Notes: generated by a model from the sequence alone, not told the origin. DNA of 64,000 bases from Antedon mediterranea (GCF_964355755.1 NC_092671.1:186001-250000); one strand, 5' to 3'. Shown: positions 1-13,239, counted from the stretch's first letter. Made by a program: numbers and translations.

Positions 1-215
1 TCCAAATTTTAACAAACCTCGCATATGTTATACTCTTACAGCGCCAATGTACACTTATTTTACAAATAGTGATGTGTACAATGTAGCCTACGAGCAATTC
101 CACTACAACTTTATGCAGCCTGGCTTTGAATATACAGATAGCCAAACAAATGAAAGAAGTTTTGGCCAAGATGCTGTCATAAGTGTTTTGGAAATGTTAC
201 AAAAGAGTGGAAGAA
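1..215 (+). CDS. 3' part of a coding exon of a natriuretic peptide receptor / receptor guanylyl cyclase-like gene (extracellular ANF-receptor domain); starts upstream of the window
   Basis: Frame open from base 2: PNFNKPRICYTLTAPMYTYF...DAVISVLEMLQKSGR, then a strong phase-1 donor A|GTAAGT at 216. R-x-C-Y resembles NPR 'RNCYF', and the 'LQKSGR|' end matches the NPR exon-1 end and the exon at 60755-61499. Confidence 0.6.
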
Positions 216-3200
216 GTAAGTTTGATTTGTCTTTTCGTAGTTATCATGCAATATTTGTTGTAATGTCGTGCGATGCGTACTTTATTCCTCTTGTCAATAA
301 GTTTTAAAGAAAACACGAATGGTTCATTCAATAGCAGTACGTTCACATAGGCCTAATTGTATTTTCATGACGTAACGATTAATCCTGTCTGGGTCTGGTG
401 CGTAGGGCGGGCGGTGAATACGATAGGTTACTTCAATCTATTTGATACAAATAAGAGGGGACATACGTTATTAAAGACTTTTGAGTGAGTCACTAGCATA
501 ATTGAACAATTTTGATTCCACATTCACTAAAATATTTGTGAGTATTATCCTTGGGAAATAGTAATGTAATGCCATTTAACAAGTGATCGTACGTTAGTTT
601 TGAGTGACGTATACAAGTATCGTACATCACAGGTTAAGTGCCCTATTTGAGTACCCGTAGACATTTGAACATCCCAACAAATTGGATAATATTGTCATGT
701 TGACGGTGCGCGAGTTGTTTGTTTGGATGAAATGGTGAAATTGTGTTAATTGTTGGAATATAACTATGGAATAAAATATATTTACTCATTCTTGCAAATC
801 AAGTTATAAACCCCGATTTCTAGACACGCTCTAGCAATCTCTAATTTTTTTTAAATACCGAAATCTAAAATCAAAACACTATTTCTTCGTCATGCATCAT
901 GTATTTTACTGTATATATATATACAATATAGAGATGTTGAACATGGTTAGTAGTAGGCCTACATGAATAAAGATCACCATGTAAACACAGAAAATGTATG
1001 TTTACAGTAACGGTTAATTCGGTTGATATTGTAGTAGCCTATATTTACTGATTACTGTACGGACATTTCGGACGCTAACAATAATTGTACAGTATTAATC
1101 TAATTATATTGGTTTAAATTAGACCTAAGTTTAACCCATGTTGTGTGAATAGTATAATCCAACAATATTATCATTCTAAATAATCCCACCTCTTGCCACT
1201 ATTCTCCAGTTATTGTATTTTCTCGTTAGTATTCCAGTCGGCGTTGTGAAACGCCATGAGTGCCAAATACTTTTTACCAACCCTAGCAGGCAGTCTGGTA
1301 TACAAACACAATCAATTTATACTAACCAATTCGATTAAAGGCCAATAAATTGATTAGGTTTTAAATTCGTGCCGTTTTACTGTACGTAAATTGTAGAAGG
1401 CCTACCAATGTGTGAAAGAGGCCATTGGCAACTATTATTTGAGACGCCATTGTCGTTTTAGTATCGAGTACTTTGTTTATGGCAACGATCTTGTCATATC
1501 CATTAATGTGTGTAAAATGTTCCATAAAACACACTTGTGTACCCCAGCCGTGTTCGCTTCCATGTGTCCCTCGATCCATCATCAATATAGATCCGTATAT
1601 ACAGGTAGTTTATACAGTAAAGTGTAATTAAATTTGGAGATCTGATGAGTCGTGTGTGTTTTGTTTATCATTCACCAATGTTCATCTTTGTCATTCATCT
1701 TACTTTACTGTGTTTACATTACCACTGATTATTATATTGCATGTCATTATTTTAGCATCCGTAGATTCACAGTGATTTGTGTTTTTTATAGATAGACACA
1801 AAAAAATAGATGACAAAAAGGATCAGATTTAAGTAAAGCGATAACGTGGGTAAAGTAAGTTCACATTATTAATGTTTCAGTCCATGTTCACGTAGTCATT
1901 ATACATTAGTAGGCTAAAACAACCAGAAGATGTGCTTAGCAAGTCCAGTTGATAGTAACATTCTTGTTGAAGTCATGTCTTTGTTTTATTGTCCAACAGC
2001 AGTTGTTTTATTTCCACCGAAGTACGCTGTTTTTACATAACGTGCACGTTTTATGAATCAGATAAACGGAACAGAGTGTTTCTAGAATGTAATAACTATG
2101 GTTGTTGATGTCTCTCTAGACTGGAGGCCAGCGTGTATGTCAATGACAGTGTACGTGAACAGTCACAGATTGGCCTTTCTTAAGAAATCGTGAGATAAAA
2201 TAAGTACACATAGTTACCGTATAAATAGGTCACGGTTGACTCAGTACAGATATATAATATTATAGTATAACGATATTGCATACCAGAAATATTTATTTCA
2301 TTAAAAGGGATTTTTTTTAAATCAATTTCTGCTTCATTGACAAACTTATAGCGTTTTTTATAATTGATTATAAAATAAAGTCTTGACATTTTTTTGTATC
2401 TCCCTATAATATATAAACATAATATAATTCAATTGTTGTTTTACAGTATAGGCAACATGTGTAATATTAGGGCTATAAACCGTAATATCAATTCCAAGAG
2501 AAATTACTGAAAAATGCAAAAACATAGAGATAAAAATAATATTATAGGCCTAAAGCAACACAAATCTCAAATCATATAGTAGACAATATTTAATTATTCA
2601 ACTGCGTATCGTGTAAAAACATTGTGAGCGGCATTTGCTGCACATGTGAGCATTCTGCCACCTGTCACAGTATAATCTATGCCCTCGTTTATGTTGGCAT
2701 TATCATATCTTGCTACTTCAACAGAATCTGACAAAACAATTATAAACGCATTCCCCTTCACAATGAATAATGCAGGTTCATCCTATCATAAATCAGATAG
2801 GTAACAATGCAAATAACATCAATGCATTACTACTGGGTATTCTTGTGTGAATATGCAACCGTCCGGCGAATAGCACAACATTGGCATATTAAATCATACT
2901 TAAATATGTAATACTATCTACTTACAGCTGAAAAACACTAAATATACGAATTCATCGAGGATGAATAATGTATTCTACTATAAGAGACGTATAAGCAAAA
3001 TAGGAACTCTGAACTGCACAAAAAGTAAACTTCCGACTTCGTGGTTAAATCAAGTTGGATTTGCATATTCTGCAAGCCTACGTACGCAATTCAATCATTA
3101 AAAAAAATCTTTCAAAAAAATACGAAGGGGGAGAGAATAATTCCATTATGCTTATTAAAGCTGTCTTAACGGTTTTTTATCCGAGAATGTATCTGAATTA

Positions 3201-6200
3201 ACATTGACAACTACTCCTGCAGCTGGCCAAATCCGCAAAATCCAGTTTTAACAATTGTTAAATGTTGCAACAGTTGTTGATATTGTTCTGTAAATCATTA
3301 GTACAATCCATAATTTAGCTTTAAATTATCTCAGTAAAAGGTAATTATGATTAATGCATAATAATGGAGTTCTCATTAATGGTAATATCCCTGAAATTAG
3401 TTACACACCCTTGTAATTCTACGGAATATCAAGTTACTATACCTGAAAATGCTTTCATTGCATCTTTAATTAAACCAATGTTACTAGTTAATGCATGTAA
3501 TTATCAAAAACTGAAATCATTATACTTTTGTAAATTACAAGGCTGTATTTAGGAAACCAGCAAGCAATCTATATTTTCCGTCCAGTCAAAATGCAATAGC
3601 ATCGGTAAATCCGTTTACCGATATTTCTGTATAGTTTATATTTTCATAGTTCATTTTATCTACAGTGTGTGTGGCTTGATCAATCGTGTTAAAAATGGAA
3701 GACATCCGACTTAATGGTTCTATTTGTTCCATCTGTAAATCACTACAGATATAAATCTAGTTTTTGTTTAAACTATTACAATAAATACCAAACACTATTT
3801 TGACTGATACCTCGTTTTCGTTTTATCCTTACGCTGTTAACATGTCGGTTAGTATAAATCTTGTAGATGATCGATTGTTAATGCAACTGTAAATTTTACT
3901 GACAGCTTGTAACATCAACGTCCGCAAGTACCATTTCTTAAGAACAACTAATACTGTAACGTAAGACTTCCTGTGGATGACATGCTCTTAAAATTCAAGT
4001 TGCATTATTGATACATTGTGATCTCTGGCTCTTTTCTTTTGTTGAAGTCGTTTGTAATTACTGTTTAATGCCACTGTCACTCTACTTATGTTGTTGTAAA
4101 AATGCCTTTACTCTCATCCTTACATTTGTAAGGTTAGACATTAAGGATGTTAAAATAGCCATCATCGATTTTAGAGTAATGAAAAGTGTCTCATAAATAA
4201 CTTGAATTGCAGTTTGAAAACAATATTTCTAATAGCACTCCTATCCTAAACATTGTCCTCAATCTCCCCTCATAAATTGCACGACTAATGCGCGCGCAGT
4301 TCGTTCGGGTGTTACATTTTTATCCCCATCCCCATTCGTTTATACCTGTATTTACTTTTTCTTTATTGTATACTGTTTTTAATACCAATTCCTTTGCTAC
4401 AGTTGAATACCACGTTTTGTATTCTCTAAATCACGATCAGATCATCATAAATTCACTAATTTTAGCATGTTTCGCTTAATATAGTCATGGTTGGTATGGC
4501 AACTTAAGTCATCTTATTTCCCATGGTCTTGTGATACATCAGTTTATGTTTAATAGTCGGTCAGTGGTTGTATATCAACTTAAGTATCGCCTTTATTTCA
4601 ACAATAATAGGTTTCCATATTAGTCCACATCAGAATTACTTAATGTAACGTCTTTATTTTAACAATTAGTTCTAATTCTGTACATCAACTTGGTATTTAT
4701 TATTTATTTTATTTATAATATTTATATTATCTTTATTTCAAATGCTGGCATGTTTCCATATAAAGTCCATCATCTTTAAACCCGAATGTTATGCCTTTTG
4801 GATGTGTTTTCTACAATTTTCCTTCTTCTTTTGTAATTTTTGTCTTGTTTTCCCCTGCAATATACTTGTTCCTCCAAGCTGTGACCTGGGATGTCTCTTA
4901 CATCTTGTGTATTTTTTTTTAATAAAGGATGATTTGACGAAATAAAATAGTAGCATCACGTTACTATGTGAACATGGACTTTTTGATCGACCACATTTCT
5001 GTTTTGAAAACCTGACATGTTTTCACCGAATACTCAAAACACAACGTACAGTACTTAATTTACTGGTATTCTGTGCATTAAACACTTAAGGGTTTTCAAA
5101 ACAACATCATTATGTGATATACCTGAAGCAATTAAATTGGTGTTTGCCATACGTTGCATATCATGAAATTGAATTTGATACATCTTAAGTAATAAGGTTT
5201 TAGTGTACAATATACATATCATATAGTGATAAGAGTAACTAAGAGTGTATTAATGTTATTATTAATTATTATGATTTTTTTTCTCAATAACTGATTTGAT
5301 TACGAATAATCACCATGTCATACAATAGCGTAAAACAAATTATTGATATAAGTGTATCAGCATAATGAGTTTACTGTGTTGATTCAACCTGTCCTAGCAC
5401 ATGTGACGTCACGTTGTCTAATCTTCCTCACTTTAGTTTCAGAGAGCCATTGTGCTGTGCAATTCTTACATCGAATGAACGCTTACATTGCAATATCTGT
5501 ATAAATCATCGATGCATTTAAACTGACTGAGTAAACAACTTGAGAGAGAGTAAATCTACATCAGAGATCAATTGTGGCTACATTCGAGACGAAATTGTCA
5601 ATAAATACGGCAATTAGCCATGTCGCTTTCCAGATCTCTCTTCTTGGTTGCGTATTCTAAACGTGAGGGTAATTTGGTCACTCACTTACATGTTTGCTCT
5701 CTGTCCAACATTCGCACGTTTATGTTTATTCCACCTCTTAATGTATATTTGAACGTATAATAATACGTATCTGATAACAGTAGACAAACTTCTTAAAAAC
5801 GATATGGTAAGCAACTTAGCATATTAGGAGGATTTTCTTGATATATTCAGCTCAATAGGACATCGGTTTTTCATTGAAGAATAGGCAAATCAAGAATATA
5901 ACTTGAATATTTTAGAGAAACTAAAAACAGCAAACATGTTCTTAAAATCAATTTAATATTAATTGTTAATTAGTTTGCACGATATGATATTACGATACTA
6001 GTTGGAGCCATTGTCTAGTTGCTGGTGTAAACTATATTTTATTACAATAACAATTCGCGTTATACTGCATCTAATTGAAACTGAAGTTAACTACATAACG
6101 CAGCGTATCGTAGTAATTAGCTGTAGTAAAAAACCTTTTATATGTTGATTTTAATCTGTCGAACTACACAGAGAATTAATCGATGTGGTATCATTCGATT

Positions 6201-6764
6201 TATTGTTGAGATTCTGTCAACAAAACGTTTGATAACGGTTATTCGGTCAGTTAAAATAAATTGGTGTGTCCGTTCAAAATTGCGTATATCAATATCTTGC
6301 GTGAATAAATTGAAAATTAAGCTAGATTCATTAAGGATTTCGAAACATTGATTTATAACATTTGGCGTCCGTCGCTTTAATATGAACTCAATAGGTTTAG
6401 ACAAGGAGGACATTGGCATTCGTTCAAGCATATACGTATCAACACAAGTTAGAGAATGGCAATGCCTTATATTGTCGATACAGTGTCATAAAGCGGAAAA
6501 GTAATTAGTGTAGTACGACTAAGGCTTCACATACGGTAATTAAGCGTTCTAACTGACCGAACAGGTATCTCCGTGTATTTGAACCCATAGCCTGCATTTG
6601 TCTTCCAGTTCACATATTCAGGTTTGATCTTGTGTGTGAATATAATATAAGATTAAAATGGTGATAGAGCAAAATAAGCCTAATTCAGTTAGGAGCGGAT
6701 TATAGTTTTTCAATAGAGAGCATGCTAGCATGGATAATGTTATAACATAAGCACTGATGCGCTG

Positions 6765-7964
6765 TGTTACAACCGCTAATGTAGAAAACGCCAGCTAATG
6801 TCGAAACAACTATTAATGTAGAAAATTGCCTCCCAGCTTATGTAGTTACTATCGCCAGCTAATGTTGAAAATGTTATAGGCTATATTTTACAGAAATCGC
6901 TAAATCATGTGCAAATGCATCGATCAGTCTTTCCACCTCGCGTAAGCAACAAACTTTCTAAAACGACCACACATCGTAAGTAACCATCTCTGTTTAAGGG
7001 ACCGCTTCTCATATTCGAACACCTCTCGTAAGCGACCACTTCTTTTAACGACCACACCTCTCGTAAATTACCACCTCTTTTAAGCACCATGACCTCGTTC
7101 TTAATATTAAACGACCGTTTCTCATAATCGACCATCTCTCCCATTACAACCACCTCTCGAAAGTGACCGCCTTTATTGAACGACCATGGTCGATTGTGAG
7201 AAGTGGTTCCTTAACAGAGACGGTGGTCGTTCAATCTAGGTGGTCATTTTCGGAAGGGGGTTGTGACGAAAGATGGTCGATTATGAGAAGCGGTCCTTTA
7301 ATAGAGGTGGTGATCCCTTAAAAGCGTCGTCACTGACGAGAGGTGTGGTCGTTAAGATAGGTGGTACTTATAGAGTCGTCACCTACCACTTACGAGAGGT
7401 CATTGTGACGGGAGAGAGTCAATTATGAGAAACGGTCCTGTGTAATAGAGATGAAGAAGTCGTGGTCCCTTAAAAGAGGTGGTCACTTACGAGAGGTGTG
7501 ATCGTTAAGAGAGGTAGTCCCTTACGAGAAGTTGTCGATTATGAGAAGCAGTCCCTTATGAGAGGAGGTGATCCCTTACGAGAGGTGGATGGTCGATTAT
7601 GTAAAGCGGTCCCTTAACAGAGATGGTTGCTTACGATGTGTGGTCGTTTTTCTTACGAGAGGTGGAAAGACTGATAGCTAATAGCGATAGATCGATGCAT
7701 TTGCACATGATTTAGACATTTTTTGTAAAATATATAACATTTTCTACATTAGCTGGCGATAGTAACTACATAAGCTGGGAGGCAATTGTCGTTACTACAT
7801 AAGCTGTTGACTGTTTCTACGTTAGCTGGTGTTGATTTTATTTACTACATAAGCTTTTGGTGTTTCTACATAAGCTGGAGGTTTTACTACATTAGCGGTG
7901 GATTGTTCTACATTAACGGTTGTTTCGACATTAGCTGGCGTTTTCTACATTAGCGGTTGTAACA
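6765..7964. mobile_element. Non-autonomous foldback DNA transposon, Ginger2/TDD-like
   Basis: Termini TGTTACAACCGCTAATGTAGAAAACGCCAGC ... GCTGGCGTTTTCTACATTAGCGGTTGTAACA. 5-bp TSD CGCTG at 6760-6764 and 7965-7969. Arms built of short subrepeats; no ORF. Confidence 0.75.
6925..7673. mobile_element. Inner inverted-repeat module (CAGTC...GACTG termini, GACCACCTCTC-type subrepeats), pogo/Tc1-MITE-like
   Basis: CAGTCTTTCCACCTCGCGTAAG at 6925 is inverted to CTTACGAGAGGTGGAAAGACTG ending 7673; subrepeats switch orientation near 7185. Confidence 0.55.
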
Positions 7965-9009
7965 CGCTGACTTAATTCTAAAAGAGACCCAATAACGTTG
8001 ATATAGAGATGCCTATATAATTATACTTTCGGGACTTTGGGTGTTTTAAGTTGCGTGAACCCACCGGAATAATGTCCATCTCGTTTAAACAAACGGAATA
8101 TTCTCCGTATGTCAGGTAATTTGTGATATTTGACAGTAAACGATGCCAGCTTTAACGATCGTTTCAAAACTGTGTATACATACTGAATTATCTTATCGGT
8201 TCTCAAGTAAAAAAAAATATTTTGGAATTCCCGGCAAAACGTCGGCAGAAAACAGTTAATTAGGCCTAATGACGATTAGGCCTATACTTCATTTGTGTGG
8301 TGTATACAAACGGAATGAGAAAAGATACTATAAACAGAATAAGTGGGTAACTAAAATTTCAATCATGTTAATGAATTTGGGACAAATGACGAACTAGGAA
8401 TTAGTTAAGCGTTTCAGACTAATACATTTTGTTAATTCATCTCTATACCATAATAACTATCGGTTCTACCATCATCAATTTAGACTTTTAATCGTAAAAT
8501 TATTTAAATTAAATTGAATCTGAATGGCGTTAAGTTGATCCAGGTGTCGACCTAGTGTGATCTAGCTATTTTCATGCAGTAAGATAGGCGCTGTGACGGA
8601 CTATTTGAATTTATAAGCATCTGCAGATTGATTGATTGAAAATGTTTTAGTCATAGGGTATCATCCATAAGGTATTCAAATCGAAAAGATGTAAACATAT
8701 TAATAGTTTATCGCATAAGCAAGCCTCAACGCATATTAAATACAAGGATAAAGATGTTTAAAAATAGTATGTTGATATTCTCTAAATTAGGTGTAGTACA
8801 TACATATACCCTAAATTAACTCCGTGCGTGTCGCTTTGCTGTAAATAACTTTCTTGTATAGATTTCAATTAAAGTTAAATGTAAAACAATTCATTTCGTG
8901 TATGATAATCAGACCTAATAGATGCTCAGTTGGTTAGACAGTGAAGGACTTTACTCCACTTGATGTCTGAAAATTACAATCAGTAGGTGCTCAGCTGGAT
9001 ACATGTTGC

Positions 9010-9528
9010 CTAGAAATTAAGGGCATCGACTAAACTCCACGCTATGGTTGTACCTTCTAGAAAGTAAGGGCATCGACTTAACTCCACGCTATGGTAGTAC
9101 CTTCTAGAAAGTAAGGGAATCGACTTAACTCCACGCCATGGTTGTACCTTCTAGAAATTAAGGGAATCGACTTAACTCCACGCTATGGTTGTACCTTCTA
9201 GAAAGTAAGGGAATCGACTTAACTCCACGCTATGGTTGTACCTTCTAGAAATTAAGGGAATCGACTTAACTCCACGCCATGGTTGTACCTTCTAGAAAGT
9301 AAGGGAATCGACTTAACTCCACGCCATGGTAGTACCTTCTAGAAAGTAAGGGAATCGACTTAACTCCACGCCATGGTAGTACCTTCTAGAAAGTAAGGGC
9401 ATCGACTTAACTCCACGCCATGGTAGTACCTTCTAGAAAGTAAAGGCATCGACTTAACTCCACGTCATGGTTGTACCTTCTAGAAAGTAAGGGCATCGAC
9501 TTAACTCCACGCCATGGTAGTACCTTCT
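9010..9528. repeat. 47-bp minisatellite, ~11 copies
   Basis: Unit AGAAAGTAAGGGAATCGACTTAACTCCACGCCATGGTTGTACCTTCT. Confidence 0.95.
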
Positions 9529-9851
9529 GTATAAAGATTTATTTTAAAAAGCGGAGGTTAATTTGAACCCATTGGCCCCTGTTTAACTGTACTGTAGATT
9601 TATGAATAAATCACATCACGATAGTCGTCGACAGTGTGTATGCATATATCATTCCTAATAGCGATTTATTACATTCATGATAATCGTTATGTATATTATC
9701 AGTTTGGCGATCGATATACGTTATAACGAAACATCTATAATTCAAATTTGTAATTTGATGTTCAGATGTGTGATGATAAACATAAATGATTATGAAGATA
9801 ATATGACAATAAACAATAATAATGTTGCGGGTGATCATCATTGTTGATGTT

Positions 9852-11302
9852 ATGGAGGCCAACTCACAGTTATGATGAAATAAAAATTAACCAGCATGTC
9901 GTAAAATCTAATAATTAGCAATTAAATATTCTTATATACAAATGTAGCGGATCCCATAGGCATAGGCCTATCTATCTATACCTTTCATTAGACGCGTTTA
10001 CATATGTATCCCTTTCATTAGATTAAATTTATCGGGTCCCATAGGCGTATACCTTTCATTAGACCCGTTTACAAAATGTATCGGATCCCATAGGCATATC
10101 TATAGGCTACCTTTCATTAGACGCGTTTACATATGTATCCCTTTCATTAGATTAAATTTATCGGGTCCCATAGGTATATCTCTTTCATTAGACGCGTTTA
10201 CATATGTATCGGATCCCATAGGCATATCCCTTTCATTTGACGCGTTTACAAAATGTATCGGATCCCATAGGTATATCTATCTATCTATACCTTTCATTAG
10301 ACTCGTTTACATATGTATCCCTTTCAGTAGACTTGTTTACAAATTTATCGGGTCCTATAGGCGTATACCTTTCATTAGACGCGTTGACATATGTATCGGA
10401 TCCCATATGCATATCCCTTTCATTGATGTCATGGAGGCCAACTGACAGTTATAATGAAATAACAATTAACCAGCATGTCGTAAAATCTAATAATTAGCAA
10501 TTAAATATTCTTATATACAAATGTAGCGGATCCCATAGGCATAGGCCTATCTATCTATACCTTTCATTAGACGCGTTTACATATGTATCCCTTTAATTAG
10601 ATTAAATGTATCGGGTCCCATAGGCGTATACCTTTCATTAGACGCGTTTACATATGTATCGGATCCCATAGGCATATCTATACCTTTCATTAGACGCGTT
10701 TACATATGTATCCCTTTCATTAGACTTGTTTACAAATTTATCGGGTCCCATAGGCGTATACCTTTCATTAGACGCGTTTACATATGTATCGGATCCCATA
10801 GGCATATCTATACCTTTCATTAGACGCGTTTACATATGTATCCCTTTCATTAGACTTGTTTACAAATGTATCGGGTCCCATAGGCGTATACCTTTCATTA
10901 GACCCGTTTACATATGTATCGGATCCCATAGGCATATCTATACCTTTCATCAGACGCGTTTACATAACATGTGTCAGATCCCATAGGCATATATATACCT
11001 TTCATTAGACCCGTGTACATTTTTTTTTTTATATATGTAATATTTTGAAAACAATTTACACAATTTAGCCTTTGGCTACAATGTAAATTTTAGCTTTATT
11101 GAATAAAAAACCTCGAATAATATGTATCGGATCCCATAGGCATATCCCTTTCATTAGACGCGTTTACATTAGATGCGTTTACATATGTATCGGATCCCAT
11201 AGGCATATGTATACCTTTCATTAGACGCGTTTACATTAGATGCGTTTACATATGTATCGGATCCCATAGGCATATCTATACCTTTCATTAGACGCGTTTA
11301 CA
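9852..11302. repeat. Complex minisatellite (CCTTTCATTAGACGCGTTTACATATGTATCGGATCCCATAGGC variants) inside a ~580-bp tandem duplication
   Basis: Leader ATGGAGGCCAACT...AATGTAGCGGATCCC occurs at 9852 and 10431, each followed by variant subunits. Confidence 0.9.
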
Positions 11303-12493
11303 CTGTCACTGGCGCCGTCATCCGTTCGTTAAAACAGAACAAGTGTGAATGCACGATGGATAATTTAATGTTGAAAGATTTCGATTTTGAATTCTTCATT
11401 TAGACTCTTCTCTGATCGTTCTTATAGTTGTCGAATAATGTTTTCTAATCTTCTACATATCGCTGAACAACTGTAGTAATATTCCAAGAAGCATAGTTTA
11501 TTGTAAATGCTATTTTTTTAATAATGCTCATGAGATAAAAACCTTAAATGCTCTCTGCCTTCACTCGCCACTGTTTAACGAATAGTTGTTCCCTAACCTC
11601 TACTCACGTTTTACAATCAATATAGTTTCTTTAAACATATTCACAATTACCATCGGTCATTTTCACCCGACCTTCCCACACAAAGCTATAACTATCACAA
11701 TACATTATTCCATTTTGATACAAAATAATGTTTACAACTTCGAACGGAAGTAGGCCTAAAGGAAGATTCAAGTCCTGGACTCCAAACCAACTGGGTTCGG
11801 AAATAGTAACGTAATAAAGCAGAAAACTAATCTATCTACGAATCTATAACTTCGCGCTAAAACATTGACATTTTTAACTACTATGTTGATAAAGGGAATA
11901 TTTAGAAACAACGTTAGTGTTAGTTTTGCCTGAAAATGCTTAGCACGACAGAACGAGCAGACGAAGTAGGGCGATTGTGAACACAGAGGGGATGATTGTA
12001 TAAGTTATGATTGATAGTTTTAACACTGTATTGTACACATGTATGAATTGTGTTTTATCGTGTCTATTTATGACCGCCTATGAATATCAATGCGCCATCA
12101 TTCCTCTCTTTCTCACATTACTATTGTTATATTCGAATAAAAATACGAATTATTGAATGATCAATGGCTCTTAAATTTCAAACATTTCTACAGGGGGCTC
12201 GTAAATTATTAAATATTATGTTCAATACTTTTAATCATCTTTCTAAATATTATTTCATTCTAGAAAATGTATATTATGTTGCTCTGATAAAAGGTCTAAC
12301 CTTGCCCGAAACCTCTGCTATTTTTTCTGGCTGTTTTACTTTTGATTTAGTTTTTTGCTTATTTTATTTTAAATCCAAAGGCAAATTACTGAAAAAATGG
12401 CAACGCTGTGGGTATCAGTGGCTGGATCTCAATGGAGATACAAAATAAAAGCGAAAAGCTAAATCAAAACGAGAAGTAAAACAGCCAGAAAAG

Positions 12494-12536
12494 TTAGCAG
12501 AGTTTTCGGGCAACACTAGCCCTTCATCAGTGCAAA
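12494..12536 (-). ncRNA. Minimal type I hammerhead ribozyme motif
   Basis: - strand UUUGCA CUGAUGA A GGGC UAGUGUU GCCC GAAA ACUC UGCUAA: core boxes, stem II, stem I GCA/UGC, CUC triplet. Confidence 0.75.
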
Positions 12537-12649
12537 GGCAATTTACTGAAAAATTACAATGCTGTGGGTATCAGTGGCTGGATCTCAATGGAGATACAAA
12601 ATAAAAGCGAAAAGCTAAATCAAAACGAGAAGTAAAACAGCCAGAAAAG

Positions 12650-12688
12650 TTAGCAGAGCTTTCGGGCAACACTAGCCCTTCATCAGTG
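12650..12688 (-). ncRNA. Minimal hammerhead ribozyme motif, second copy (5' arm of stem I truncated)
   Basis: - strand CA CUGAUGA A GGGC UAGUGUU GCCC GAAA GCUC UGCUAA, with palindromic AGCU in stem III. Confidence 0.7.
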
Positions 12689-12732
12689 TATATATATAGC
12701 AATTGTGTTGGGTAGCACTGTGTAAATTATAT

Positions 12733-13022
12733 ATAAATCATACTGTAAGTTATAGAAACAGTGCTCATATTCGGAACATGATCTCATAATTGCGTCGAGC
12801 ATAGCTCATTGGCGACAGTTCCGTATTTTTTAGTTGTATGAAAAAATGTCTCTGGCGGGATTCGAACCTGCAACCTCTCGCTTACAGGGCGAGTATCATA
12901 CCACTAGACCAAAGAGCCATATATGGTATTATGGAACTGTCGCCAATGAGCTATGCTCGACGCGATTATGAGATCATGTTCCGAATATGAGCACTGTTTC
13001 TATAACTTACAGTATGATTTAT
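12733..13022. mobile_element. 290-bp hairpin element (MITE-like) with 90-bp near-perfect TIRs enclosing a tRNA-like cassette
   Basis: 12733-12822 is the reverse complement of 12933-13022 (one mismatch seen); flanked by TA-rich sequence. Confidence 0.85.
12847..12918 (-). tRNA. tRNA-like sequence / pseudo-tRNA: Pro-like body with TGT (Thr) anticodon, followed by T6 terminator
   Basis: - strand GGCTCTT TG GTCTAGTGGTATGAT A CTCGC CCTGTAA GCGAG AGGTT GCAGG TTCGAAT CCCGC CAGAGAC A, then TTTTTT. 72 nt with A and B boxes; 2 acceptor-stem mismatches, 1 T-stem mismatch, C at position 33. Confidence 0.7.
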
Positions 13023-13239
13023 TTATATATATATATTATGATGAAAATATTAATTGAATACATAACCTGATACTAATTAGACTAACTATCGTAGACTTTA
13101 AAATATAAGTACGAATTAACTTGCATTTTAGGTCTAAAACTATACCATACTCTAATGTAAAATACCAGTTAAATACTGTAGGTTTAAATATAAGGTAAAT
13201 GTCTATTTACTCGGAATCATTATTGAACACTGTGTGATA

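Larger units (their letters stand above)
12281..12688 (-). mobile_element. Penelope-like element pseudo-LTRs: two tandem ~156-bp copies on - plus an inverted partial copy on +
   Basis: 12376-12532 and 12533-12688 are direct repeats; 12281-12370 is their diverged reverse complement. Each carries a hammerhead core; ends in a (TA)n tract. Confidence 0.75.

Noticed and set aside
216-307. Remainder of ORF 47..307
   Set aside because: Read-through into the intron after a consensus GTAAGT donor.
6138-6431. 97-aa ORF and other 60-115 aa ORFs in unique AT-rich sequence
   Set aside because: No recognisable domains; composition typical of random AT-rich frames.
10237-10986. Repeated ORFs in minisatellites (also 19315-19802, 58131-58415, 44687-44983, 48215-48496)
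   Set aside because: Translations of tandem repeats or TIRs, with no protein-family motifs.
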